Positions 1 through 8,516 are shown, numbered from the stretch's first letter. The stretch is DNA of 64,000 nucleotides from an uncultured Dehalococcoidia bacterium (GCA_964560025.1 CAZLKC010000005.1:41102-105101), one strand, 5' to 3'. Program-made: numbers and translations. The notes: generated by a model not told the origin, from the sequence alone.

Positions 1-361
1 CCGCCGCAAAGTGGAGCGTGGAGACGGTGCCGGTATGGACGACGCGCTCGACTCCGGCGGCCTGGGCTGCCTCCAATACGTTACGCGTTCCATCCACATT
101 GACGCGCCACATCGTGTCTCGGTCGGGCGACCAGAAGGTGTAGAGCGCGGCGACGTGGAACGCCGCGTCGCAGCCGGCGACCGCGCGGTCGAGCGAGGCG
201 CGGTCAGTCACGTCGCCCTCCGCCGGCGTCAGACGCGGGTGCTCGAAGCGGAGCGCGCCGCCTGGGCGCACGAGAGCGATGACCTCGTGGCCGCGCTCCA
301 GGAGCGCCCGCGCCACGTGCCCACCGACGAATCCGCTTGCGCCCGTTACGAAGGCGCGCAT
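1..361 (-). CDS. NAD-dependent epimerase/dehydratase, N-terminal part only (HpnA-like by context); the gene runs off the left edge
   Basis: Reverse-strand ATG at 361-359 gives MRAFVTGASGFVGGHVARALLERGHEVIALVRPGG..., with a GxxGxxG Rossmann motif. It forms an ATGA overlap with the stop of the hpnG-like gene. It is absent from the ORF track because the window edge truncates it. Confidence 0.65.
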   Translation of the reverse strand, partial: MRAFVTGASGFVGGHVARALLERGHEVIALVRPGGALRFEHPRLTPAEGDVTDRASLDRAVAGCDAAFHVAALYTFWSPDRDTMWRVNVDGTRNVLEAAQAAGVERVVHTGTVSTLHFAA

Positions 362-1059
362 CAACGAACCCTCGCGTGCGCGGCCAAAGCCGGAATCAGC
401 GCGCGGGCGCCTCGCCGCAGCGCCCGGGCGGCTACCCGCGAGCGCCAAGCCAGCACCGGCAGCCGGGAGGCGAGCAGAGGATCGGCGCGCAGGTTGCGCA
501 TCGTGTGCCGCAACTCCCCGCGCCCGCCGTCGGCCACGATGTCCGCGACGAACGGCGGCAGCGCGTGCTCTGCCGCGTCCAGCACGGCGCGCAGCGCGAC
601 GACGGGTACTCCGCGCTCTCCGACGAGGCGCGCGAGAGCGTAGCCTTCCATATCGACGACCGCCGCGCCGGAGGCGCCGTGGGCGGCGCGCTTCGCCTCG
701 GGCGTCAACAGCGGCGCGTCAACGGTGAGCAACGCGCCGAACGCGGCGGCTACCCCCGCGCGGCGCAGTGCTTCGGCGGTTGAGGCGAAGTCGAGATCGA
801 TGGACGGAGCGTCCTGGGCGGCTGCGGCAGTGCAGAGCGTCAACGCGCCGGTGGGAAGCGCCGGGAGCAGCCCTCCGGCAAACCCTAGGGAGAGCACGGC
901 GGAGGGGCGCTCGGCATCCAACGCGGCGGCGAATGCGGGCGCCGCCTCGTGGCCGACGCCGACGACGGCGGCGCGGCAAGCGTAATCGCCGCCGGGGCGC
1001 AAGCCGCCGAGTTCGCGCTTGGTCGGCGCGACGACCAGGAGGCGCGCTGCCGCCACCAT
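361..1059 (-). CDS. hpnG: Hopanoid-associated nucleoside phosphorylase (HpnG-like, PNP/UDP family)
   Basis: ORF 361..1158. The likely start is the ATG at 1059 (MVAAARLLVVAPTKRE...), 4 nt after the stop of the upstream ORF. It has phosphorylase-family motifs (VVDMEGYALA) and sits next to hpnH. Confidence 0.8.
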   Translation of the reverse strand: MVAAARLLVVAPTKRELGGLRPGGDYACRAAVVGVGHEAAPAFAAALDAERPSAVLSLGFAGGLLPALPTGALTLCTAAAAQDAPSIDLDFASTAEALRRAGVAAAFGALLTVDAPLLTPEAKRAAHGASGAAVVDMEGYALARLVGERGVPVVALRAVLDAAEHALPPFVADIVADGGRGELRHTMRNLRADPLLASRLPVLAWRSRVAARALRRGARALIPALAAHARVR

Positions 1060-1063
1060 GCCG

Positions 1064-1414
1064 CTAGCCTCGGCCCGCCTCGGCGGCCTTGCGGCGCTGG
1101 TAGGCTTCGTAGGAATTGCCCTTGGCCGTGTCTTTGCCGGTGAAGCGGATGTTGGCAATCTCCGCGTAGGGCAGGCGGAAGGGGCCGCGTCCCTCTAGAT
1201 CGAAGTAGTCTAGGAAGGGGCGCGCCGCGCGGGCGTCGCGGTTGGACACGTAAGCAACGACGCTAGCGCCGTCCGCGCGCTCGATGGTGACGTTGCCACG
1301 GTAGTCGAAGGCCAAGTCAACGACGGCGGGAACGTCCACAGAGCCGTCTTGCGACGGATCCCAGCCTTCGAGGGAAGATTCATCCGCGTCAGGCGGGGCG
1401 TGCTCCGTAGACAC
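1064..1414 (-). CDS. Hypothetical 116-aa protein between hpnH and hpnG
   Basis: Clean ORF packed tightly between two hpn genes (10-nt and 4-nt gaps) on the same strand. I recognise no family. Confidence 0.6.
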   Translation of the reverse strand: MSTEHAPPDADESSLEGWDPSQDGSVDVPAVVDLAFDYRGNVTIERADGASVVAYVSNRDARAARPFLDYFDLEGRGPFRLPYAEIANIRFTGKDTAKGNSYEAYQRRKAAEAGRG

Positions 1415-1424
1415 GGCGGCGGGA

Positions 1425-2447
1425 CTAGAGCTTGCCGGTGAGAGTGGACGCCGCCGCCTGCTTGAATCCGCGCCACGTGGCGAAGGTGGCGTGGACGGCG
1501 GAGGGCTCGTGGCCGGAGTGCACCATGCAGTCGCGGCAGGCGGGGTTGCCGCTCTCGAATCCGTACTCCTCCCAGGGGGTCTGCTCCATCAGCTCTTGGA
1601 AGGTGGACGCGTAGCCCTCTTGCAGCAGGTAGCACGGCTTCTGCCAGCCGAAGATGGTGTAGAGAGGATTGCCCCAGGGCGTGCACTCGAAGTGCTCCTT
1701 GCCCATCAGGAAGCGCAGGAACAGGGGCGATTGGTTGAAACGCCAGCCCTTCTTCTTGTCGGAGAGGATGTCGGTGAACAGCTGGTTCGTCTTGGCGCGG
1801 TGCAGGAAGTTCTCCTGGTCGGGCGCCTTGGCGTAGCTGTAGCCGGGCGAGACCATCATGCCCTCGACGCCGACGCGCATCATCTCGTCGAAGAAGTCGC
1901 GGACGCGCAAGGGGTCGGTGTTGTCGAACAGCGTCGTGTTCGTGGTTACGCGGAAACCGCGCCGCAGCGCCTCTTCGATCGCCTCCACGGCCACGTCGTA
2001 CACGCCGTCGCGGCAGACCGCCTCGTCGTGCTCCTCGCGCAAGCCGTCCATATGCACGCTGAAGGATAGGTATTTGCTAGGCGTGAACAACCCCGCCTCC
2101 AGCTTCTGCTTGAGGAGGATAGCGTTGGTGCAGACGTAGACGTACTTCTTGCGCTCGACTAGCGCGTCCACCAGCTCTGCGATGTGCGGGTAGAGCAACG
2201 GCTCGCCGCCGGGGATGCTAACCACCGGCGCGCCGCACTCGTCCACGGCGGCCATGGCCTGCTCAACGCTCATGTTCTTGCGCAGGATCTGCGCCGGGTA
2301 CTGAATCTTGCCGCACCCGGCGCACGCCAGATTGCAACGCAGCAGCGGCTCGAGCATTAGCACCAGGGGATAGCGCTTGCGCCCGCGCAAGCGCTGCTTG
2401 ACGACGTAAGAGGCGACAGTCCACGCCTGTGACGCCGGGACGCCCAT
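1425..2447 (-). CDS. hpnH: Adenosylhopane synthase, hopanoid biosynthesis radical SAM protein HpnH
   Basis: CNLACAGC radical-SAM CxxxCxxC motif. The full-length protein resembles HpnH (…KRYPLVLMLEPLLRCNLAC…GWQKPCYLL…CRDCMVHSG). Confidence 0.92.
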   Translation of the reverse strand: MGVPASQAWTVASYVVKQRLRGRKRYPLVLMLEPLLRCNLACAGCGKIQYPAQILRKNMSVEQAMAAVDECGAPVVSIPGGEPLLYPHIAELVDALVERKKYVYVCTNAILLKQKLEAGLFTPSKYLSFSVHMDGLREEHDEAVCRDGVYDVAVEAIEEALRRGFRVTTNTTLFDNTDPLRVRDFFDEMMRVGVEGMMVSPGYSYAKAPDQENFLHRAKTNQLFTDILSDKKKGWRFNQSPLFLRFLMGKEHFECTPWGNPLYTIFGWQKPCYLLQEGYASTFQELMEQTPWEEYGFESGNPACRDCMVHSGHEPSAVHATFATWRGFKQAAASTLTGKL

Positions 2448-2492
2448 CTAGCCGAGCCTCGTCCCACTAGCCATGACGACGCGCACTATACC

Positions 2493-3536
2493 CTACTTGT
2501 CCCGCTCGATGAAGTAGTCGGCCATCGCGCTAATGTCTGCCTTTGCCTCTGCTTCAAGCGGCAGCCCGTCGATCGCCTTCAGCGCCGCCGCCGCGTGCTC
2601 CGCCGCCGTCGACTGAACGAACTCGCGCACGCCGAGGTCCGCCAGCATCTCCAAGACACGCTCCACGTCGGCGCCCGCCACCTCATCGGCGCTGTAGGCG
2701 TTGCGCAGCCACTCGCGCCCCCGCGCGTCGGCTTGCTGGAACAGATGGACGATAGGCATGCTCTTCTTCTTGCGCCGGATGTCTGCGCCGACGGGCTTGC
2801 CCGTCGCAGCGGGATTGCCCCAAACGCCCAGCAGATCGTCGCGCACCTGGAAGGCAAGCCCTAATTCGCGCCCGCACCTGCCGAACGCCGCCGCCGTCCT
2901 CAAGTCGTTCGTGGCGACTAGCGAGCCCATGTGCATCGCGCAGTCGATGAGCGCCCCCGTCTTGCGCGACACCATGTCCAGGTACTCGCCCGTCGTAACC
3001 TCGTCCGACTCTTCGAACGACAGGTCGAGGTACTGCCCCTCGATCATCTCGAGGTAGCGGGAGGTGAGGGCCAACGCCGCCGCCGCCGCCGTCTCCGGCG
3101 AAACGCCGGCCTCCGAAAGCCCCAGCAGCGTGCGGTCGGCGACGACGCGCATGGCGTTGCCAGCGGCCAGCGCGGTGTGCACACCGAACAGCGTCCACGC
3201 CGTTGGGCGGCCGCGGCGGGTGGCGTCCTGGTCTTGGATATCGTCGTGCAGTAGGGAGAAGTTGTGGATGAGCTCCAGCGCCGCGGCGGCGGGCAGCGCC
3301 TCGCGCCACTGGCCGCCCGCCATCTCGCACGACGCAAGCACGAGCACCGACCGCAGGCCCTTGCCCGAGTCCTCGTTTGCCGGGCGGCCATCGCTGTCCT
3401 GCCAGCCCAGGTGATAGCGCATGACATCGAAGACGCCCCCCTTCGCATCGGGGACGGACACCCGCATCTGCTCCCTGACCACCGGGACGTAGCGCTCGAC
3501 GAGGGCGGAGACGCGGTGCTCGGAGGCGGCGGTCAC
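2493..3536 (-). CDS. Polyprenyl diphosphate synthase (FPP/GGPP synthase family)
   Basis: Both Asp-rich motifs are present (LLHDDIQDQD and FQVRDDLLG). The likely GTG start at 3536 forms a GTGA overlap with the stop of the upstream small ORF. The 422-aa track ORF is over-extended. Confidence 0.85.
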   Translation of the reverse strand: MTAASEHRVSALVERYVPVVREQMRVSVPDAKGGVFDVMRYHLGWQDSDGRPANEDSGKGLRSVLVLASCEMAGGQWREALPAAAALELIHNFSLLHDDIQDQDATRRGRPTAWTLFGVHTALAAGNAMRVVADRTLLGLSEAGVSPETAAAAALALTSRYLEMIEGQYLDLSFEESDEVTTGEYLDMVSRKTGALIDCAMHMGSLVATNDLRTAAAFGRCGRELGLAFQVRDDLLGVWGNPAATGKPVGADIRRKKKSMPIVHLFQQADARGREWLRNAYSADEVAGADVERVLEMLADLGVREFVQSTAAEHAAAALKAIDGLPLEAEAKADISAMADYFIERDK

Positions 3537-3757
3537 AGCTCGCCGTGGAGCCTCTTGAGCTCCGTCTCCATAGAGGTCATACGTTCCTCGATGGGCCACT
3601 TGCTCAACGCCACGACGATCAGCATGGCCAGGCTGACGAAGGGCACGGCCATGAAGAGGCAGTACCACACCGGCCAACCGATGCGATAGAAGATGCGCCA
3701 CCAGGCGAATATCCCGACCACGGAGGAGACGAAGGCCAGCAACAGGAAGAGGGGCAT
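3533..3757 (-). CDS. Small two-helix membrane protein (74 aa)
   Basis: MPLFLLLAFVSSVVGIFAWWRIFYRIGWPVWYCLFMAVPFVSLAMLIVVAL... is hydrophobic, and the ORF is coupled to the downstream polyprenyl synthase. Confidence 0.55.
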   Translation of the reverse strand: MPLFLLLAFVSSVVGIFAWWRIFYRIGWPVWYCLFMAVPFVSLAMLIVVALSKWPIEERMTSMETELKRLHGEL

Positions 3758-3777
3758 GCATTGCTCCTTGAGGCGGG

Positions 3778-5136
3778 TCAGGCGCCCCGGCCCAGCGCTT
3801 CGATGAGTTCGGCGGTGTGGAGGACGCCCAAGCGGAAGTAGTCGCGGCGGATATTCTCGTTGGGCGCGTGGATGCGGTTGCCGGGGTAGTCCACGCCGCA
3901 CGAGGCCACCGGCACGCGCAAGATCTCCTGCACCGGGTACTGCGGCCCGGTGCCCGTCATGCTCGGCTGGAGGTACGGTTCGCTGCCGTAGACCGTTCGC
4001 GCCGTATCCGCCACCACCTTCACGAACGGGTCGCCGATGGGCGTCCGCGAGGGATGCTCGCTAGTCAACACGCTGATGGATACGTCGCTGTAGCCGTGCT
4101 CGTCCAGGTGGCTGCGCAGGCTGGCGAGCACCTCTTGCGGGTCTTGGTTAGGCACCAGGCGGAAGTCCATCTTGACTCGCGCCACGGCGGGAAGGATGGT
4201 CTTGGCGCCTTGCCCGGTATAGCCCGCCACCACGCCGGCGACGTTGGCCGTCGGCTCCATAATCATCCGCCGCCGGAACTCGAACCCCGTCGCCTCGCCC
4301 AGGCTCATCTCAACGCCTAGGTCGCGACGAAACTCGTCGTCCGTGTCGGGGAGGCGGCGCAGCGCGGCCAACTCCTCGTCGAGAGCGGGACGGATGCGGT
4401 CGTAGAAGCCGCGCAGCTTGATGCGCTCGCCCGCATCCTTGAGCGACGCCAGCGCCCAGATGAGGCGCCACGCGGGGTTGGGCACCGTCGGCGCGTAGGA
4501 AGAGTGGGAATCGCGCGACGCGGCGCGACACTCCAACTCGACGTAGAGCAGCCCCTTGACGCCCAGCGTGATGAGGGGGCGTCCGTCCCAGTTCACGCCG
4601 CCGCCCTCCCAGATGCACATGTCGGACTTGAGCGTATCGGCGTGCTGGGCGACAAAGTCGTGGAAGCCGGGACTGCCGATCTCTTCGGCTCCCTCCAAGC
4701 AGAACTTAACGCGCAAAGGGATATCGCCTTTGATGGCGCGCAACGCCTTGATGGCCGCGAGGCGGGCGATGAAGGGACCTTTGTCATCCGATATGCCGCG
4801 CCCGTAGAGATGCCCGTCCTTCTCGTACGGCTCGAAGGGGGGCGAATCCCATTCGTCCAGAGGATCGGGAGGCTGCACGTCGTAGTGATTGTAGAAGAGC
4901 AGCGTCTTGGCCGAATCGTGCCCCGAGTCGGCGAAGACGACGGGGTAGCCGGGGTCGGCCGTGGGCATGATGACGGGGTCGAATCCCGCGCCGCGCAACT
5001 CCTCGGCCACCATCTCGGCGCACTCGAGAATGCCGACGCGCTGGGCGCTGATGCTGGGCTGCGCCGTGAGTCGCTTCAGGTCGTCCAGCGTCTCATCGAG
5101 GTGCGCGTCGACGTACTCCTGCGTAGCCTTGTCCAT
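3778..5136 (-). CDS. M20 family dipeptidase / metallohydrolase
   Basis: Carries M20 motifs (HYDVQP, GRGISDDKG, EGAEEIGSPG). The ATG at 5136 is preceded by CAGGAGG. Confidence 0.85.
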   Translation of the reverse strand: MDKATQEYVDAHLDETLDDLKRLTAQPSISAQRVGILECAEMVAEELRGAGFDPVIMPTADPGYPVVFADSGHDSAKTLLFYNHYDVQPPDPLDEWDSPPFEPYEKDGHLYGRGISDDKGPFIARLAAIKALRAIKGDIPLRVKFCLEGAEEIGSPGFHDFVAQHADTLKSDMCIWEGGGVNWDGRPLITLGVKGLLYVELECRAASRDSHSSYAPTVPNPAWRLIWALASLKDAGERIKLRGFYDRIRPALDEELAALRRLPDTDDEFRRDLGVEMSLGEATGFEFRRRMIMEPTANVAGVVAGYTGQGAKTILPAVARVKMDFRLVPNQDPQEVLASLRSHLDEHGYSDVSISVLTSEHPSRTPIGDPFVKVVADTARTVYGSEPYLQPSMTGTGPQYPVQEILRVPVASCGVDYPGNRIHAPNENIRRDYFRLGVLHTAELIEALGRGA

Positions 5137-5247
5137 AACGGGGCCTCCTGTCCGAATCCGGCCCGCCGCCGGGCCGCCCGAAATGGTAGGCAACCCTTCT
5201 CTTATGCGCAACGCCGCCCTCGCGCCGTTCGCCTTCGCGTCCGCCGC

Positions 5248-5907
5248 CTAGTTCTTCCCGAAATCCGGCTTCCACGACTTGCTCGACGGCCTGCGCCTCA
5301 TATAGTCGAGGATGTCGCGCAACAGCGAGCGCTCCTGCTCCAGCCGCTGCGCCGTCGCCGCCTCCAAGAGACGCTGCTGCTCCTCCTTGTCGCCGGAGAG
5401 GAAGTCTGCCAAGAAGAAGGACAGCGCAGTGGGGTCGCCGGGAAGGCGGGTGGTTCGCATCCAGCCGCCACGCCGGGCGGCGAGGCCCTGGATGAGGCGG
5501 CCTCCCATATCCCGCACCTCGTCGACAAGGCCGGGGTCGACGGCCGGCTCGTCCGGCAAATCGTCGAGGAACTGCGCCTCGGCGGAGAGGTACGGGTGGC
5601 TGTAGTCGTAGGACTCTACGCGGAAGCGTCGTTCGCCCGTAACAACCAGGCGCAGTCGATCGTCCGGCGTCTGGCGAAAGCTGGTAATGCGAGCGGTCGT
5701 GCCCACGTCGAAGGGGACGGCGCCGGGGTCGCCCGCCTCCTGTCCTTCGCGCAACAGCAGCACGCCGAAGGGTTCTCCCGCGTCCATGCACTCGCGCGTC
5801 AACTGCCGGTAGCGCTCCTCGAACACGACCAGCGGCAACTCCACGCCAGGAAAGAGCACAACCGCCTGGAGTGGAAAGAGGCGCAGCCACATAGGGGGAT
5901 AGTACAC
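5248..5907 (-). CDS. LON N-terminal (substrate-binding) domain protein
   Basis: LFPLQAVVLFPGVELPLVVFEERY is typical of the Lon N-domain. The start may instead be the ATG at 5892. Confidence 0.8.
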   Translation of the reverse strand: MYYPPMWLRLFPLQAVVLFPGVELPLVVFEERYRQLTRECMDAGEPFGVLLLREGQEAGDPGAVPFDVGTTARITSFRQTPDDRLRLVVTGERRFRVESYDYSHPYLSAEAQFLDDLPDEPAVDPGLVDEVRDMGGRLIQGLAARRGGWMRTTRLPGDPTALSFFLADFLSGDKEEQQRLLEAATAQRLEQERSLLRDILDYMRRRPSSKSWKPDFGKN

Positions 5908-5938
5908 GAGCGCGCAGGGCAGGGGAGTGCAGAGGGGG

Positions 5939-6346
5939 CTACGCTACCGTCCACACGTGCGGATAGCGAACAATCTTGCGGTCGGAAGTCACCAGCGAGG
6001 ATTGGTGCACTCTCGCGGTGGCGACGATTATCTGATCGGCCGGGTCTCGATGGAATCTGCCTGGCAGGCCGGCCGACTCCAGGGCGATATCGGGCGTCAG
6101 CTCCAAGATGGCGACGCCTGGGTATCTGAGCGCCAGGCGGAACCACTCGGGCAGATCGACCGGCAATTCCAATCGTTCGTACTCGCACAGCTTGGCGATC
6201 TCCCAGCAGGAGATGGCGCTGACGCCGATGCGATCGCCCTCGTTGGCGGCGATCGCCCGGCGCTGCGTTTCGCTCAGCCGCGCCGGGTCGATCGTCCACC
6301 AGATCCAGGCGTGAGTGTCCAGAACGATCACGGGCGCGTCTCCCAT
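5939..6346 (-). CDS. vapC: PIN-domain ribonuclease, VapC-type toxin
   Basis: VIVLDTHAWIWW…AISCWEI…HRDPADQIIVATAR…LVTSD is the PIN acidic-residue pattern. The start is either ATG 6346 (19-nt overlap with the upstream ORF) or GTG 6331 (GTGA overlap with its stop). Confidence 0.85.
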   Translation of the reverse strand: MGDAPVIVLDTHAWIWWTIDPARLSETQRRAIAANEGDRIGVSAISCWEIAKLCEYERLELPVDLPEWFRLALRYPGVAILELTPDIALESAGLPGRFHRDPADQIIVATARVHQSSLVTSDRKIVRYPHVWTVA

Positions 6347-7236
6347 TCGTCCATGGCCACCGCGTCGTACGGGCGGTCGTAGCGGTACGGCTCGCCTCGC
6401 AGCGGGTAACGGGCATCCTCCGGGGGCGCCTGCTTCACCGCCCAGGTCGGCTGAGGCTCCAGCGTGAAGTGTTGCCCGTGCTTCAGCATGTAGATGCGGG
6501 GGCTCGCTCCATTGACGTCTACGACGCGATACATAACGGCTTCCTCCTCTAGCAGCATGTCATGCGACCTGCTGCCCGACACCTGCAACTGCCCCCACGC
6601 GATGGTGGAGGCGTCCGTGCCTTGCACTTCTATCTGCTCGGTCTGTCCGTCCACCTCGACTTTGAGGTCATAACCCCCAGGCCCTTCCTCAACTTTCGCC
6701 CGGCCGGCGTGCGCGTCCGCGAGGTAGGAGCGGACGATGTGCACGGCCTTTAGCTCCGTGCTGAGGCCGTCCATAGCCTGGCGCTCCGCGTCGGTGAGGG
6801 CGACGGAAACCGACGGGTAGCGGCTCGGCCCCGCAACCGCCTGCTCCGCGCGGCTGGGCAGGTTGTAGGCCGCCATACTCTCCGAAGCAGCTTGGCCCGG
6901 CCGGTTATGGGCTAGCCGCAACTCATCGGCGCGACGCGCGGCTCGAGCCGCCTCCACCTCCTGGATCTCCGCGTCATCCTCCGGATCGGCGACGAGCCGA
7001 AACAGGCCTCGGCCCACGCGCCACGCCTTCGGCGCCGCACCCTTCTTGACGAAGTCGCCCATCCCGTCTCCGTCCCTTGAGATACTGGAGTTGAAGGGAT
7101 TGACGGTGATGGTGCTCGGCTTGAATGCTCCTGCGAGACGCCCGCGGAGGTCGCCGACCCTCCAATCGCGGGGAATCAAGCCTTGCTCCCGCAACGCGTA
7201 GACGGCCTCCCAGAACGTAGACCCTGCTCCGGTCAT
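6328..7236 (-). CDS. Uncharacterised 302-aa protein: winged-helix-like N-terminus, helical linker, PD-(D/E)xK / DUF3883-like C-terminal module (EVQ in place of EVK). It occupies the antitoxin position upstream of the PIN gene.
   Basis: Good RBS (AAAGGAGG) before the ATG at 7236. Motifs are AWRVGRGLFRL and GGYDLKVEVDGQTEQIEVQGT…VMYRVVDV. It is coupled to the downstream PIN gene. Confidence 0.75.
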   Translation of the reverse strand: MTGAGSTFWEAVYALREQGLIPRDWRVGDLRGRLAGAFKPSTITVNPFNSSISRDGDGMGDFVKKGAAPKAWRVGRGLFRLVADPEDDAEIQEVEAARAARRADELRLAHNRPGQAASESMAAYNLPSRAEQAVAGPSRYPSVSVALTDAERQAMDGLSTELKAVHIVRSYLADAHAGRAKVEEGPGGYDLKVEVDGQTEQIEVQGTDASTIAWGQLQVSGSRSHDMLLEEEAVMYRVVDVNGASPRIYMLKHGQHFTLEPQPTWAVKQAPPEDARYPLRGEPYRYDRPYDAVAMDEWETRP

Positions 7237-7276
7237 AGCAAAGCCTCCTTTGCCCAGTAAAGTTTACCTGTACAGT

Positions 7277-7304
7277 ACTATACTATACTGAATGCTCTTG
7301 TCAA
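7277..7304 (-). promoter_or_regulatory. Putative sigma-70-type promoter (TTGACA-16 nt-TATAGT) with overlapping TATAG tandem repeats
   Basis: The reverse strand reads TTGACAAGAGCATTCAGTATAGTATAGTACTGTA. It lies in an AT-rich gap about 40 nt upstream of the 302-aa ORF. Confidence 0.45.
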
Positions 7305-7412
7305 GTAGCGCTCCGTCGCTACACGAGCGGCCTGCGGGTGGCTAGCGGGGGCACGGCGCGTTGGGATGAGGACAGGGGGGATTGGGGCAGCGAAGGCGAA
7401 GGGGCGTGCTGG

Positions 7413-8282
7413 CTAAATCTTCTCGAACCAGCCCTCGTCAATCTCGATCGACTCGACCATTTCCACTTTCACCCCCAATTCCAACTCCTTCAACTTACCC
7501 ACCAGGGCCTCACCATCAATTAAGTCGATAGGAGGAGCGCCGTCCCGAGTTGCCTCCTCCTGCGCCGCTCTTGTGAAATTGCCCGTCGTTACGATGAGGC
7601 CCTTGTCCGCACGCCCCTGCATGGCTCCCCGAAAGTCGCGCACGACGCCGGCCGGCACGCTGCCGGCATAGCGCTTGCACTGGAAGAGCACGGGGAAGCT
7701 CACGAGCCCGTTCAGGCGGAGGATGGCCGTGCCGTCGATGCCGCCGTCCCCAGACCGGCCTGTGACATTCACTTGGTAGAATTCAGATTCGCGCAGCATA
7801 ACCTGGCACAGCCGCTCAAAGGCGCCATGCTCCATCTGCTTTACAATGTGTACTAGCCGCTCCCTCCACGCTTCGATCCCTTCAACATCGCCGGTGTCCG
7901 GCTCAAGGGAGTCGTCCGTTGGTGTTTCGGCCTTGCGCTGTTCTCTGCGAGCGGAGTTCCGCTCTCGGAAGAAAGCATCAACCTTCTTCGGGTCGACCTT
8001 AGCGGTGCGCCGCCCCTTTTCTGTCAATGACCACGTTCCGCGAGTGAGGTTGTCGATGACCCCGTATGTCTTTAGGCAGGTTCTCGCCCAAGCGAGTTCG
8101 TAGTCCAGTTCTGTCTGGGGACCTCCGCCGTGGAGTTGCTCGACGATTTCGTCGGAAAAGCCCTCAGCGCGGATTACCTCTCGCAAGATTTCTTCCCTGG
8201 ACGCGATGCCTCCCAAGGCATTGAGGGCATCCAGAGTCGGGTTCATCAATTGTACGCGAGTAGGGAAACCTCCTACTACCAT
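7413..8282 (-). CDS. mrr: Mrr-family type IV (modification-dependent) restriction endonuclease
   Basis: Mrr_N winged helix (…NLTRGTWSLTEKG) plus the Mrr catalytic core (GDGGIDG…VLFQCKRY…GLIVTTGNFT). GC content is visibly lower than in the flanks. Confidence 0.9.
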   Translation of the reverse strand: MVVGGFPTRVQLMNPTLDALNALGGIASREEILREVIRAEGFSDEIVEQLHGGGPQTELDYELAWARTCLKTYGVIDNLTRGTWSLTEKGRRTAKVDPKKVDAFFRERNSARREQRKAETPTDDSLEPDTGDVEGIEAWRERLVHIVKQMEHGAFERLCQVMLRESEFYQVNVTGRSGDGGIDGTAILRLNGLVSFPVLFQCKRYAGSVPAGVVRDFRGAMQGRADKGLIVTTGNFTRAAQEEATRDGAPPIDLIDGEALVGKLKELELGVKVEMVESIEIDEGWFEKI

Positions 8283-8383
8283 TACGCTCTCACCTCCATG
8301 CCTGTGCCCTCCGTGTGGCGACCACTAGGGCGTTCATAGTTTGCCCTCTCACCCCCCTCGCTACAAGCGCCAGTCGTGCACAG

Positions 8384-8460
8384 TGGCCCGCCCGGCGGGA
8401 TTCGAACCCACGACACCTGGTTCCGAAGACCAGTGCTCTGTTCCACTGAGCTACGGGCGG
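8384..8460 (-). tRNA. tRNA-Arg (anticodon TCG)
   Basis: Hand-folded 77-nt cloverleaf: CCGCCCG/TA/GCTC…GAGC/A/CTGGT-CTTCGGA-ACCAG/GTGTC/GTGGG-TTCGAAT-CCCGC/CGGGCGG-G-CCA. The CCA end is encoded. Confidence 0.85.
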
Positions 8461-8516
8461 GGATTGAGCGCTGCGCCCGTCGGCGGCGCGCTGCGAGCCT
8501 AGGAAGGGTAGGGGGA

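Noticed and set aside
5900-5945. attR-type direct repeat of the tRNA-Arg 3' end, or an integrase, marking the islet as a classical integrative element
   Set aside because: No match of 12 nt or longer to the tRNA 3' end is visible at the distal boundary, and there is no integrase or recombinase ORF anywhere in 5900-8400. Only composition and gene content suggest foreign origin.
4504-6129. 541-aa plus-strand ORF
   Set aside because: It is antisense to three well-supported minus-strand genes (the M20 peptidase, the Lon-N-domain protein and vapC). It has Arg/Ala/Gly-rich low-complexity composition typical of high-GC shadow ORFs and no recognisable motifs.
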